A DNA stretch of 64,000 nucleotides from Ylistrum balloti (lineage: Eukaryota). The notes beneath the pieces were generated by a model. It ran no database searches. It worked only from the letters and a program-made list of their open reading frames with translations, and was not told the DNA's origin. The first letter of the stretch is position 1, and each line of letters begins with the position of its first letter. The DNA is taken from positions 2,604,001 through 2,668,000 of the forward strand of contig NW_026782173.1 of the NCBI RefSeq assembly GCF_031769215.1, read 5' to 3'. Below are positions 11,300 through 22,999 of this stretch, piece after piece. The position numbers and the translations under genes were made by a program.

Positions 11300-14200
11300 T
11301 CCAATTAGGTTACCTCAGGTAAATTAGACGATGATTCCATTATTCCGGAGTGGTCGTAAATCCCCGCTGTGATGCTTGTCCTACGTGCAAAAGAGAAGCA
11401 GACCATCCAAACAGATAAACGAAATATATTCAACGTAGTCTTCCAGACAACATTCCACTGTAATATGCAAATGCAAATTGAGTGCAGCAAAATATATCAC
11501 TGTACAGGCTTAGCAAATCAAAGCAAAGTGAAGAGAAAAGAAGCACACTCATCGTTTTCAGAATAAATCATAACAAGTAAAACCCCCGGACAATTAGTGT
11601 TTCTCGCTAACGAAAAAAAAATGAAGGAATGTCTGTATGTCTGTATGTATGTAAGTGGGGGTACTTATCTCTAAAATCGTGTATTTTAGGGCATGCCGAT
11701 ACAGACCAGGCTTTTCGTGTTAAAAAAGTTTGAATCTCTGGAATTAGCCGGATGACTAGGAATCATTTCGTTGTATCTACGTTAAAACGTTACCTATTTC
11801 CCGAAATATGAACAGAAGACAAGTTATTTACCTGTTACGGTTACTGAGATATTCAAAATGGTTTCATATTAAAGGGTTAATTCATGTCAAGTTTAAAAGT
11901 GAAAGAATGAAGTCTTTGAATGTTTGAAACTTGTTTATTATGCATTCTCTCGCCATGTACGCTTTGGTACAGTATTCATATCTGTTTATTTTCCAAAAGT
12001 GAAAATAAGTATGCTGTTTGTTTTCCTTATATTCAAACCTTAAGTTATACGGGTACCAAAGGCATTTATTACAGTGTAATTGTTCTTATTACTATTATGT
12101 ACACTATACATATATATCATTGTTAAGATGAGCTAAATCTTCGTAATCAGGTACAGATCTGGTTTGTAACTCCATGAAATATTCCCAAAGCCAATCAAAA
12201 CACAATGAAAATATCAAATTATCACTTGATCGGACACAAGCTCGTAACCCAACTTACTGAAATTTTCTTAATGACTTGAAATCATTCCGTTGTACCTACA
12301 GTAAAAAGTCAGCAATTTTCTAAAACATGAATAGCTATTTACCTGCTACGATGACTGAAGATATCCAGTTATTGGTCGCAATCTGATTCTTTGCTCTTTA
12401 ACAGTTGACCCCGGGGACAAACCGGCCGTTGTTATTCACTGAAAACCAATATCAAAATATGGATCTGATTGGTCCCAAACTTTTTCAGTTGAAGACTGTG
12501 AAAGAATCCATATGATCCCATGTTTCATCACCTTTATAAAGCTTCATTTCATGACCATCATATTTATGAGAAATACAGACACTGCAGTTAATATCACATT
12601 GTAACACAGTGGTAACAGCAGTTTTTGAAGATTGTGATCAAGGTTACCTTAGTACAAACTTACCAAGGAGTGTACTGTAGTGGAGCACACGTACAACGGT
12701 TCTGAGGCGTGTACCTGTACATACGGTTATACTATATAGACATAAAATACCCGTATTATTACCATTACTTTTTCATAACAAAGAGTTGTTCAGGTCCATC
12801 TTTTTCTCTTTCAGAAGTAGCAATGACTAAATTTAATGGACAGAAATCTGTATCAAACGGTAATATTGAAAATTAAAGAACTGTTTTAAATGATATGTTA
12901 TCACAAATAGCATTACCTGAAAATATTAAAAATAACAGTTTATAATAGAGCATCACCTTTTGTATATTAAAAGCCTCTGAGCTCACACTTCTAAAAGTTA
13001 AGTATAAAAAGTGCCTTAAACCCCACTGGAGTGAAGAGTTTAAAGAGGTACATGAAATCATGCGCATAAAGAGAAAACAATTGTGAACAGAGCATAAACC
13101 TAGAGAACCTATTGCAATATGTTATAGAGAATACAAAGTCATACAGTCTAGATTTTTACCCATGAAATGGTTATGAGCTTAAGGTTTTATCTAGAATTGA
13201 AGTGATGATGTTAGATACAGCATATAGATTTATTGTAAAAGCATTTCAGGAATTTGATATCAGAACTCGTGCTGACACTGTGTTGTGGACAAATTGGATG
13301 GACATCCATAGAGGGTTATATAGATACAAAGAAACTGTTATCTTTTGGAAAACTTTGTCACCTAAACAAAAACACCTTGACAAATAGTATATCTTTAAGG
13401 AGACTGTATTCGCCAATGCCGAATAGTACGAAAACAAACCTGGAATTTTATACGATATTTAAGAATTATTGATAAGTACACATTGACATACATACTCAAA
13501 ACGTTTATCTAAACAAGTACTTTTCCTTCTAACTGCAATGGAAAAAATAGTTATGACTTCTGTGCTGTTAAAAGAACAATGAGAATGAAGAGAGAGAATG
13601 GAGGGCGATAGTGAAGTAAACTCGAGCCGCATATATTATTGAAGTTTGCAATGAAATACCCAGTTTACAAGAAATCGATACATTACGTTATGAAAATGAT
13701 TGTTTCCAATTTTAACGAATGTACATAGTTATATCACAAATGTGGAAATATGTATCGAGACGGCTTAACCCATATTTTATCAAACTGTATTGTAAATTTT
13801 ATGGTAGTATGTACACTATGTATATGCGTGTTCTCTAGAAAAAAACAAGTAAAAGATTGATTTTATAGTCTCGTTACATATGTTTGGTGTAATGTTTCTA
13901 TACTACGTTCTCTGTGTGTACTCCTTATGTATGTAACTAAAAAGTTGATTAAATAGTCTCATTACAATAAAGTGAATATTTACGGAGACTATTACGAACT
14001 AATATGTTGTATAATGTGATACTTTGTATGTACACAAGTATGTAAGGTATACATGTATTGTCTATTATGTAATTGTGTATTTATGTTCAAAATATGTTGT
14101 ATTACATGTTCAATTTCTTTTGTACTCATTATTTTTTAGGCAATATAGAGAATAATAATAACAAAGGTAAACGAATCACCATTTTGCTGTTTGAAATCCG

Positions 14201-14800
14201 AACCCTACTCATTTTCATATGAAAAAATCTGAAACGATGGTCGAATCTAGTGGACCATTTGGAGATCAAACCTGTACATTACCGGTTATTAATAACGTTA
14301 GATCAAATAACGTGTCAGCCATGCGATGTCAGAGATCGATAAGTCTGCTTTATATGTCTAATATGTCCGACTGTATACACCATCATACGGTCAGTCTGAT
14401 TAGTTTGTTCCTGGAACATTATATTTAGGATGACAAGGTAATCTTGGTAAATGTCACAAACTCCGGGCGGTCACACACGACAGGAAACCTGACATCCGCG
14501 AAAAAGGCGATTACAAACGACAGAGATTCCTAGATATATACAAAAAGGACGGTCGTACACGACAGGAATTAGTGGATATGTCCTCAAAGCGCGGTCACGC
14601 GCAACAGGAAAGGGTGGTCATACATGACAGGAAAACATGGGAATGCCTAAAAGGTCAGTCATACACGACATGGCTATATAGCCATACACTAAGCGAAAGG
14701 GTGAATCTGTCATGATTGGTGGTCATACACTACGGAAAAGCACGGATATGTCCTAAAAGGGTGACCATACATTATAAGAAAGAATGAGATATGTTCATTA
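11300..14800 (+). repeat. Left arm of a large inverted duplication (partner ~23000-26945)
   Basis: 11848-12826 and 14180-14620 are reverse-complement matches to 26516-25083 (near-identical six-frame ORFs 11920..12126+ and 26239..26445-); extra block 11368-11400 matches 26905-26936. Confidence 0.92.
12830..14175 (+). mobile_element. Internally deleted non-LTR retrotransposon (RTE-X-like) present only in the left arm
   Basis: Degenerate KPHWSEEFKEVHEIMR block, then MMLDTAYRFIVK...RTRADTVL...YIDTKKLLSFGKLC (post-RT region), then AT-rich 3' end; absent at the matching point of the right arm. Clade assignment from recall. Confidence 0.7.
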
Positions 14801-14956
14801 AGAGCGGTCAAACTCTATAGGAAAGCATGGATATATCCTAAAAGGGCGGTCAAACGCAACAGGAAAAGTTATCATACACTGCATGGAAGAATGGATATGT
14901 CCACAAAGAGCGGTCGTACGCAACATGAAAACATCGGTATGTCCATAATGGGCAGC

Positions 14957-15190
14957 CATACACGACAGATAAAGACGGAGGTGTCCTAGAAGGGCCGACA
15001 TACACGGCAGATAAGGACGGAGGCGTCCTAGAAGGGCGGACATACACGACAGATAAGGACGGAGGTGTCCTAGAAGGGCGGACATACACGACAGATAAGG
15101 ACGGAGGTGTCCTAGAAGGGCGGACATACACGACAGATAAAGACGGAGGTGTCCTAGAAGGGCGGACTTACACTACAGATAAGGACGGTC
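14957..15190. repeat. 42-bp tandem repeat, ~5.5 copies
   Basis: Unit ACACGACAGATAAGGACGGAGGTGTCCTAGAAGGGCGGACAT; explains the 14-aa repeat ORFs 14798..15127 and 14850..15131. Confidence 0.95.
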
Positions 15191-16294
15191 ATTCAAAGCA
15201 GGAAAGCAAGGATATGTCCTAAAAGGGCGCTTATTCATTGAGCTTAGCATCGTGCTACCGTTACGTTACCCATGGGGAAGTGAACATTTTAAAAAGTCTT
15301 ATTACATGTGTAGCTTTCTCCAAATATTTTAATATTTTGTGTTTGTATCTGTGTGGAATGTAAAACATATATTATGCATTAATGAATAATTATGCAAACA
15401 TTTCAAATATTCAAATATCTCCATATTATCAAACCCTGCAACCCTATTCTTACACTAGAAGATCTCCCAGATAACATACAATACACAAGTCTGATCTTTT
15501 ATGGAGGAAACAGAGTATCTGTTTTCGCTAATATTTTTCTGTAAAGGTAAGTTAAATGTCATAGGACAGATAACCCGTATTACAGATTAAGATGACGCCT
15601 TTAGTGTGTATTTCACATTTTCTTTGAATTATATATAATCGATACCAAAGCTCATATTGGAATTAAACAATGATTACTGGCTAGTCACATATCATTGAAT
15701 GAAAAATAAACAGGTTCACAGTAGCATTTATGGCGTCGTCTATGTGTTGGTAGAGTCACTTGAAACCATGGTTTTGATGTTTCATTTATAATTCAACGCA
15801 ACGAATAAAACCATGTCAATATTTTCGCAAAAAACTGAAATATGGTGAGGTTTTGTAAATAAGTTTGTTATAGCGGATCAGCTTCACATACGTTCAATAT
15901 ACGTCACCTATCCTGTGATTCATAATGGCACCATGTGAAAAATAATTAAATAAAATTAGGTTAAAGGAGGTGAAGACAGAAATTTAATACCACAATTTAT
16001 CAAATGCAATGCCCGGCATTACTTCACTATCTGATTTCATTAGTATTCTTGAAATAGTGTATTTTTAAAATGATTAGATTTGAAACATCGCGATTAATAT
16101 TTGTCCTGTTCAATCTATAGAATACAAAAGTGTATTTAAAACATGTCTTCAAAAGGAAACCAAATGTGATTTTCCTGGCAAGCCTTGGTTGTCGCATGAA
16201 CAAAGCTCCCTAAAAGTGTGTTCTCCTAATCTCTGCACCTATTCACTTCGCTGAACGCGGCCGTGCTTTGTGCGTTACGGTTAGCTGAGGTTTT

Positions 16295-18001
16295 TACACA
16301 TTGTTTATTTAACTTGAAGCCTTACGGCCCATCAGCATTCGTAACAATGTATATTTAGTATACTTATATAATAAGAAAAACATTATATAATCGTACATAA
16401 AGCATAATGCATGTCGTATTAAGTAAGTAATAAATACTCAGTCATTATTGTGTACAAGATAGACAACTTAACGGAAGATGGACAGCTCTTGTATAGTTAC
16501 TTTATACATTGACTTTACACAGGAATACATAGGTTAGAATAGAACCATAAAGTGCAGTGACAACATTTACAATCAACATTATCAAATTAAGGCTCGAACA
16601 GGGTAATACATATGTATAGAGTGGCGTAGCCAGGGAATTAACGACAACAATAAATATAATGTTGTAGACGAACAAATACTCAAGCAACGCTAACCAAAAT
16701 GAAAAACAACACTATGAGTTAAAGAATCTAGACCGTACTAATAAACTTGATTGCAGATACTTTCCTAAGTTACAAAGTTCCTTTCTGTCACGTATAGATA
16801 GCAGCTGGACAAGTTTATATGAAGATGGACGGCTCCAGTAATACTTTTTAATGAACTTTATACGAATATCTACTTATACATATAGTGGACAGATAAGAAC
16901 AAAATGAAACTCATCTTCTACCTGATTTTGATTACAAAACCAACATAACCTGTTCTCCCTCAGAATATTAGGATAACGACCTTCTTCTATACATAACTGA
17001 TGGGATGAAAGTCGTAATTTCGTTATAAGTCTAAGATATACATCTGGGATAGACTTTGTTAAATAAAATTGCAGTGTGAAAGTACCTAACAAGAATTTAC
17101 ACAAATAGCATTTTGACGACCGCTCAAGAAATCCCTTATTTGAATAAATTTATCTATCAAACGCTTCTTAAAACAACATAAAAATACCTGTTCATTATCA
17201 ACATAATGAGTAACCTTGACGTTACCAAAACCAGAGTACAACAATAGCTTCTTAACTTGACAACGCCAATTGCAGTTTCTGTAGTTACGTTCTTCCATTT
17301 CTAGGTAATTTGACTTAAGAACACAATTATCACATTTAATTAACTTCAAACAATATCTTATTATTCGACATTTTCTGATGAGATGCAAAGGCAGGTGTTC
17401 TAATTCCGAGAATACCATAAAGATGGTGCAATGTTTTCCACATTTTGGATTCTTTTTAAAGAATCAGCACGTACTTTTTCTACTGTGTCCGCGGCATTAA
17501 AGCCCCATGTTTCTCAACCATAATTAAGAACAGGTGAAACATATATGTAAAAAACATCGAGTTTTGATCCTACATTGAGTGACAAAGTATTACAAGTTCT
17601 TAATACATTATGCATGCATTTACGGCCTTGTTCAGCAATTGTGAATTAAGTTTTTGTGAACTTACCACTAAAATTAAGCAATATACAAAGATAATCAAAT
17701 CTGTAAACAATTTCTATTTCACTACCATTAAAAATAAAATTTCACATCAGCTTGTAATCTTCCACCATTTCGAAATGTCAGATCCCAATTATCACTATAT
17801 TGTTTTAAAGAATCAAACATTTTCTACAAACCAGAGACAGATTTTGAGAAGAAAACAATATCATCTGCATACATAAGAAGAAACAAAGAAATCTCTCTTA
17901 AAATAAAGCGTCACATGAAGTATTTATAAGTTCATTTTCAAGGTCATTCACATACCTGGAATAAAGAAAGCGAGATAACACCTCCCCTTGTATTAAGCCA
18001 C

Positions 18002-18003
<2 letters not shown>
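16295..18003 (-). mobile_element. 3' half of a decayed RTE-X/CR1-group LINE (RT motifs, CCHC C-terminus, 3' UTR)
   Basis: Minus strand GLIQGEVLS...YVNDLE...MYADDIVF (18000-17830), VSPVLNYG.ETWGF, LRLSSHQLCIEEGRY...RENRLCWFC...EDEFHFVLICP, then gggccgtaaggcttc plus AATAAA near 16305. Confidence 0.88.
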
Positions 18004-18043
<40 letters not shown>

Positions 18044-21000
18044 TACAACATTTATATAGCACACTATCTATTTTGACAAAATACTCTAATGCGCTTCACA
18101 ATTACATAATAATCTTACTACAAAATTTATAGAACATGTATAACACAGTAATCAACATATGTAACACAGTAACCAAATCAAGTAAGTAGTGGTGAAAGTA
18201 TGTATATACAGGAGGTCTGCGTGAGAGTCTAAAATGCAGACGTAAACAGGTGGGTTTTAATATCCCTCTTGAATTTGGCCAGGGATTTTGACTTTCTAGT
18301 AGCAGAGGGTAAGCTGTTCCACAAAGTGGCCGCTACCTTTCCAAAGCACCGGTTACCATAAGTCACAGTCCGAGAGTTCAGAACGCACAACAAGGATTCT
18401 GTCTCCGATCGTAGTGATCATGACGGCCGATATTCAGGAGCTGTTCCAATTATTGCCTTGTATGTATACATCAAAATCTTGTACTGTGACCGGAATCGCA
18501 CGGGCAGCCAATGCAATAAGTAAAGGACTGGTGTAATGTGGTCCCTCTTTCGAGTACGGTAACTAGGCGTGCTGCGGTGTTCTGTACCCTCTGCAGGCGG
18601 CTCATACGTGTATCAGATACACCAACGAGTAACGCGTTACCATAGTCTAACCTAGAAGTAACAAGAGAATGTACCAGTGTCTTGCATGCATCTGTGGTGA
18701 TGAACTGACGGATACCCCCAATGTTTCTAATTTGGTGATAACAGGAACTGGCAATTGAGTTTATCTGTTTCTCCATGTTCAGAGAGCTATCAAAGTGTAC
18801 ACCAAGGTTTCTCACAGCTTTGACGGCCTCAATAGTTTGGGCACCGACCTTTAACTGGAGACCTTTAGTGTGTTGACACTTGTGGGAAAAGACGATCAGT
18901 TCTGTCTTTTCCTGATTGAGCTTGAGCATATTTGAGTTCATCCAAGCACTGATGTCATTTAGACAGGCTTCAAGACTTGCTACTATTATGTCCCAGTTGT
19001 CTTGAGGTCTGATAACCATGTAGATTTGTGTGTCGTCGGCATAACAATGGTACTGAAGGTTACGACGACGACAAATCTCCCCGATTGGTTTCGAATAAAG
19101 ACAGTATTTTCTAGGTCCCAGAACGGACCCCTGAGGAACTCCGAAGTCTAAGGTTTTGCTGTCTGAAACAGTTGATCCAATGGCAACGCACTGTCGTCGT
19201 TCATTCAAGTAAGACTGGGTCCTTCGTAATGCATCACCAGTCACCCCATAAGAGTACTCCAGACGCTTGAACAGTGTGCCATGGTCAATGACATCAAATG
19301 CAGCAGACAGATCAAGCATGATAAGAACCGCTCTACACTTGTTATCCAGAGCGGCAGCAATATCACTGTAGACACGAAGTAGGGCCGTCTCAGTGGAATG
19401 TCCTGCGCGATAGGCTGATTGCAAGTTGTCATGAAGACTGTTGAGATTGAGATGAGCCTCAAGTCGCTGGGACACAATCTTCACCAAGATCTTAGATAAG
19501 AAAGGGAGATTTGACACCGGACGGTAGTTCTTTAATTCTTCCTTGTTCAGTCCAGGCTTCTTCAGCAGTGGTCTTACATTAGCCTTTTTGAAACACAATG
19601 GAACCCTAGACTCTGCTAATGATTTATTCATGATTAAGGTGATCAAGGGGAGCAGTGCATCAAGACATTGCTTCAGTAAAACTGTGGGAAGCGGGTCCAG
19701 CTCACAGGATTTCGATTGAGAGTTTGTAATGATCTTGCGCAATTCTTCTTCAGTTGTTGGAGTGAACTGCGTCAAAGGTTCACCAGAGAATTGGATATCG
19801 GCATCCATGGCAGAGATGCCAGTGTCGGAAGTTGAGTTCACAACATCAATCTTTTGCTTGATTGTATTGATTTTATCCTGGATAAAATCACTGAACTTGT
19901 TGGACAAAATTTTTTCAGAAGAACAGCTTGGTAGGGCGATTTCACCAGTATGTCCCATAAGGTTTCTGGTGAGTCTAAAAATCTGTCTTGTATGCGATCC
20001 ACATTCTGTGATTTTTCCTGAATAATCCTTCTTACGTTGAATGAGTAGTGAACTGACTGCCCGACAATGTTCTCTGTATATCTGGCGATGGATGGTTAGT
20101 TTGGTCTTTCGCCAACGTTTCTCCGCCTTCCTCCGCAATTGTTTTGCATCCCGAAGTTGTTCATTGTACCAAGGCGCGTTAGGTCTGACAGTAATTACCT
20201 TTGTCTGAAGAGGTGCATGTTTCTCGATCAGAGCCTCGATACCAGAGTTATATGCTTCAACAAGACAGTCAATTCCACCCTCAGTAGTCTGAAGGACTGA
20301 AGTAACTGAATGTCTTTGATGAAATCAGGTACAATTTAGTGTGGCATAGACAGCAAGATGATCACCAGATAGGTTTCCCTTACTGTCGCTCAGACATGGA
20401 TCTGCCACTAGAATTGCTCCGTGGATTAGAGAAGTATTTCCCCTTGTGATAATCACATCTAGTGTATGACCATGTGAATGGGTAGCTTCTGTCACATGTT
20501 GTGTCATCCCCCGGGAGTCAAGGATTCCGGCGAACTGTCGGGAATCAACATTAGTGTTATCATCCAAGTGGAAATTCAGGTCGCCAGCGATAATCAGCTC
20601 CTGTGGCACTACAACCTGTTGATCGAGATATGAAGATCATTCATCAAAGAAGACTTTGTTACGGAGACCGTTCCGTTTAGAAGAGGGGGGCCTGTATATG
20701 ACGCACAGTCTGAATTGTGTATCACAAGTGGTGACGGAACACGTCATGTACTCAAAGTGTGTATAGGAATCCTCGTTGTTGGAATTCAGATTTCTCACAC
20801 TCAATCCTTTCTTAAACAGAACAACCACTCCGCCACCACGTCTGCCTTGTCTAGCATTGTGGAGAATGTCATAGCCTGTTGGTATAAGCTCAGCGAGAAT
20901 TTGGTCATCAACGGTTGAGCCCAGCCAAGTCTCCGTTATCGCTAGAATATCGATATCCCGAGATGTAATGAAGTCACTGATTGACAATGACTTGTTCTTC

Positions 21001-22219
21001 ACTCGAGCGACAACTCAGCGATACTAAATTAAGCAAGACGGCGGGCTTTTGCTGACTCTCCGTCGTTGGTTTGATGACAACCAAGTTCTCGCGCGATATA
21101 GATGTTATTGGTTTCCACCTGTTAACATCGCAGCGCGGCTGCACAATGGTTCTGATGACTGATACCTCTGCTGTTGCTGCAGCATGTCCAGACAAGGGTG
21201 GTTGAGATGTTGACATACCATTTGTGGTGATTGTTTGGACGAGATTGTTGTAATTTACACCACTGTTCCTGTTTGCTTTGCCAGGGGTACACGAAATACC
21301 GATCACACTACGTATCGGTCTGACAGCACCAATGCCTGCACGTGTGCCTCGTCTCGTACGAACGTAATTGTTGGTCCCGTTCGACGTTTGTCTAACATTC
21401 AGACATTTTCTAACACTAGATAAACTCCCTGGTCTCAGTGCCAGGAGAAGAGATCTACAGTACTGTAACATATTTAATCAATTACACAAACTTAAATGAG
21501 AACAGATTATTATACTCAATGTTATTACCCTAGTGTATTAGTGGACGAAATGTCGTTTCCGATGTAATATAGTTGAATGACAAACTCTTCAATAAAAGAA
21601 GAAATATTACTTTTGAATATGTTACAAAAGCTGATATCACCAATCTGTAAGAAATAAAGTAGACTTCACTGAGCAAGACAATATGGAAACATATACACGA
21701 CCTATCGGAAGCCTATGAAACAAAGATGGCGACCTACCCAAGCTATGCAGTATAACGATAAGATATTGCAAAGATCACCACATTGTCATGTAATACAATA
21801 ACAAATGCCCGTATCAACTTATAAGTTAACAGAACATGTTATTAGAACTAAACAGAGAAAATAAATTCAGTCAAGATGTAATATTTATCTAGATGTTTTG
21901 TTAAGTGGGCGAGATGTCAAAAAGTGGCCGAAAAATCACAAAAAGCTATATGATCTATCTACGTTAGAAATTTGAGTCTCTTCGTCCCACATCCACGGTA
22001 ATGATCTCGTGTGTTGGAAATTAAATATCTAAACTGTGAAATGATTATACTATTCACCAAGTTAGTGGGAGCGTAAAAATAAACAAGAACTACTTAAACA
22101 ATAATCTGGCCAATATCAGCCAGGATAAATTCACCAATTCGTGAAAATTATAAAAATTGTCACGAGCTAACGGGAGCAAGCCTTATCAGGCGCTAACCGG
22201 AAGTTAGATTGATTAAGAG
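18004..22219 (-). mobile_element. L2-clade LINE, probably near full length, with (ATT)n tail and 5-bp TSD CACAT
   Basis: TSD cacat at 17999-18003 and 22220-22224; (aat)n at ~18003-18043; APE plus RT ORF inside; removing it restores the host LINE RT (FFTCSC|GLIQGE). Confidence 0.88.
18229..21471 (-). pseudogene. L2 ORF2 (APE endonuclease + reverse transcriptase), disrupted
   Basis: ITETWL, GDLNFH, GHTLD, SGDH, KSCELDPLPT, NYRPVSNL, DLSAAFD, GVPQGSVLGP, YADDTQ, HITPVL..LHWLPV, KTHLF. Lesions: +1 nt near 21003, in-frame TGA at 20637-20639, deletion/frameshift near 20325, frameshift near 18560. Confidence 0.95.
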
Positions 22220-22900
22220 CACATGAGCAGGTAAAGAAATCAGGCCCCACTTGTATAAAACATCTCAACTTGAGATTTCCTCAAGTCGAGATTTTCCTCT
22301 GCTGATATCTCCTTGAAAATATCTTGTATGAAAATTCCTCAAGGAATTTCAGGACATCCTAGCCGATGACTTCCTCCTGTTCCTTGAGAAAATTTTATAC
22401 AAGCCGTTTTTGAGGAGATATCAGCTGAGGAAAATCTCGACTTGAGGAAATCTCAAGTTGAGATGTTTTATACAAGTGGGGCCAGACAACTCAGACTTAT
22501 ACTTAACACAAGACTTTAAACCTTCATATAAAGATTTTACAATATTCCACTTAGAAAAAGTTTCAAAAACAATTTATTTCTATTAACACTATCGAAGGCC
22601 TTACGATAGTCAACAAAACAGCAGTAAAGCTTACAGTTATTATAAAGCATTTTCTTAAGTACACCATGTAAGGCAAAATAGCATCATTAGTTCCAAAACC
22701 AGGTTTAAACCCGAATTGGGCATCGGTAATAATGCTGTACGTCTGATTCAGATGCACAACTTACCAAAGTGATTCCTCTGTAATTATTTGTGTTATTGAC
22801 ATCACCATTTTTTAGCAAAGGGAAAATGATACCCGTGACCAGACTAATAAGACGCCCGTATCAAAAATAATATAAGATAATTGTGTCAGAATAAGAGTGA
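22220..22900 (-). mobile_element. 5' RT part of the same decayed host LINE (interrupted by the MITE)
   Basis: Minus strand IFDTGV...GIIFPLLKNGDVNNTNNYRGITLVSC, QFGFKPGFGTNDAI, LKSCVKYKSELS|DFFTCS. Confidence 0.85.
22244..22482. mobile_element. PIF/Harbinger-type MITE, 239 bp, TSD CAG
   Basis: TIR GCCCCACTTGTATAAAACATCTCAACTTGAG... perfect for 56 bp and imperfect to ~100 bp; CAG at 22241-22243 and 22483-22485; excision restores TCT GAT TTC of the host RT. A CWG TSD is typical of animal Harbingers. Confidence 0.9.
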
Positions 22901-22999
22901 ATGTCTCCTTATGTTTGACAAAAAATCGTAAAGAATGTTATTGATGCCGGGAAATTAACCTAATTTGGCACCTTTTAATACCTTCATTACTACTGTTAG

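Noticed and set aside
14798-15131. ORFs with 14-aa repeats (MSALLGHLRPYLSC / YVRPSRTPPSLSVV)
   Set aside because: By-product of a 42-bp tandem unit open in several frames; no splice or start context.
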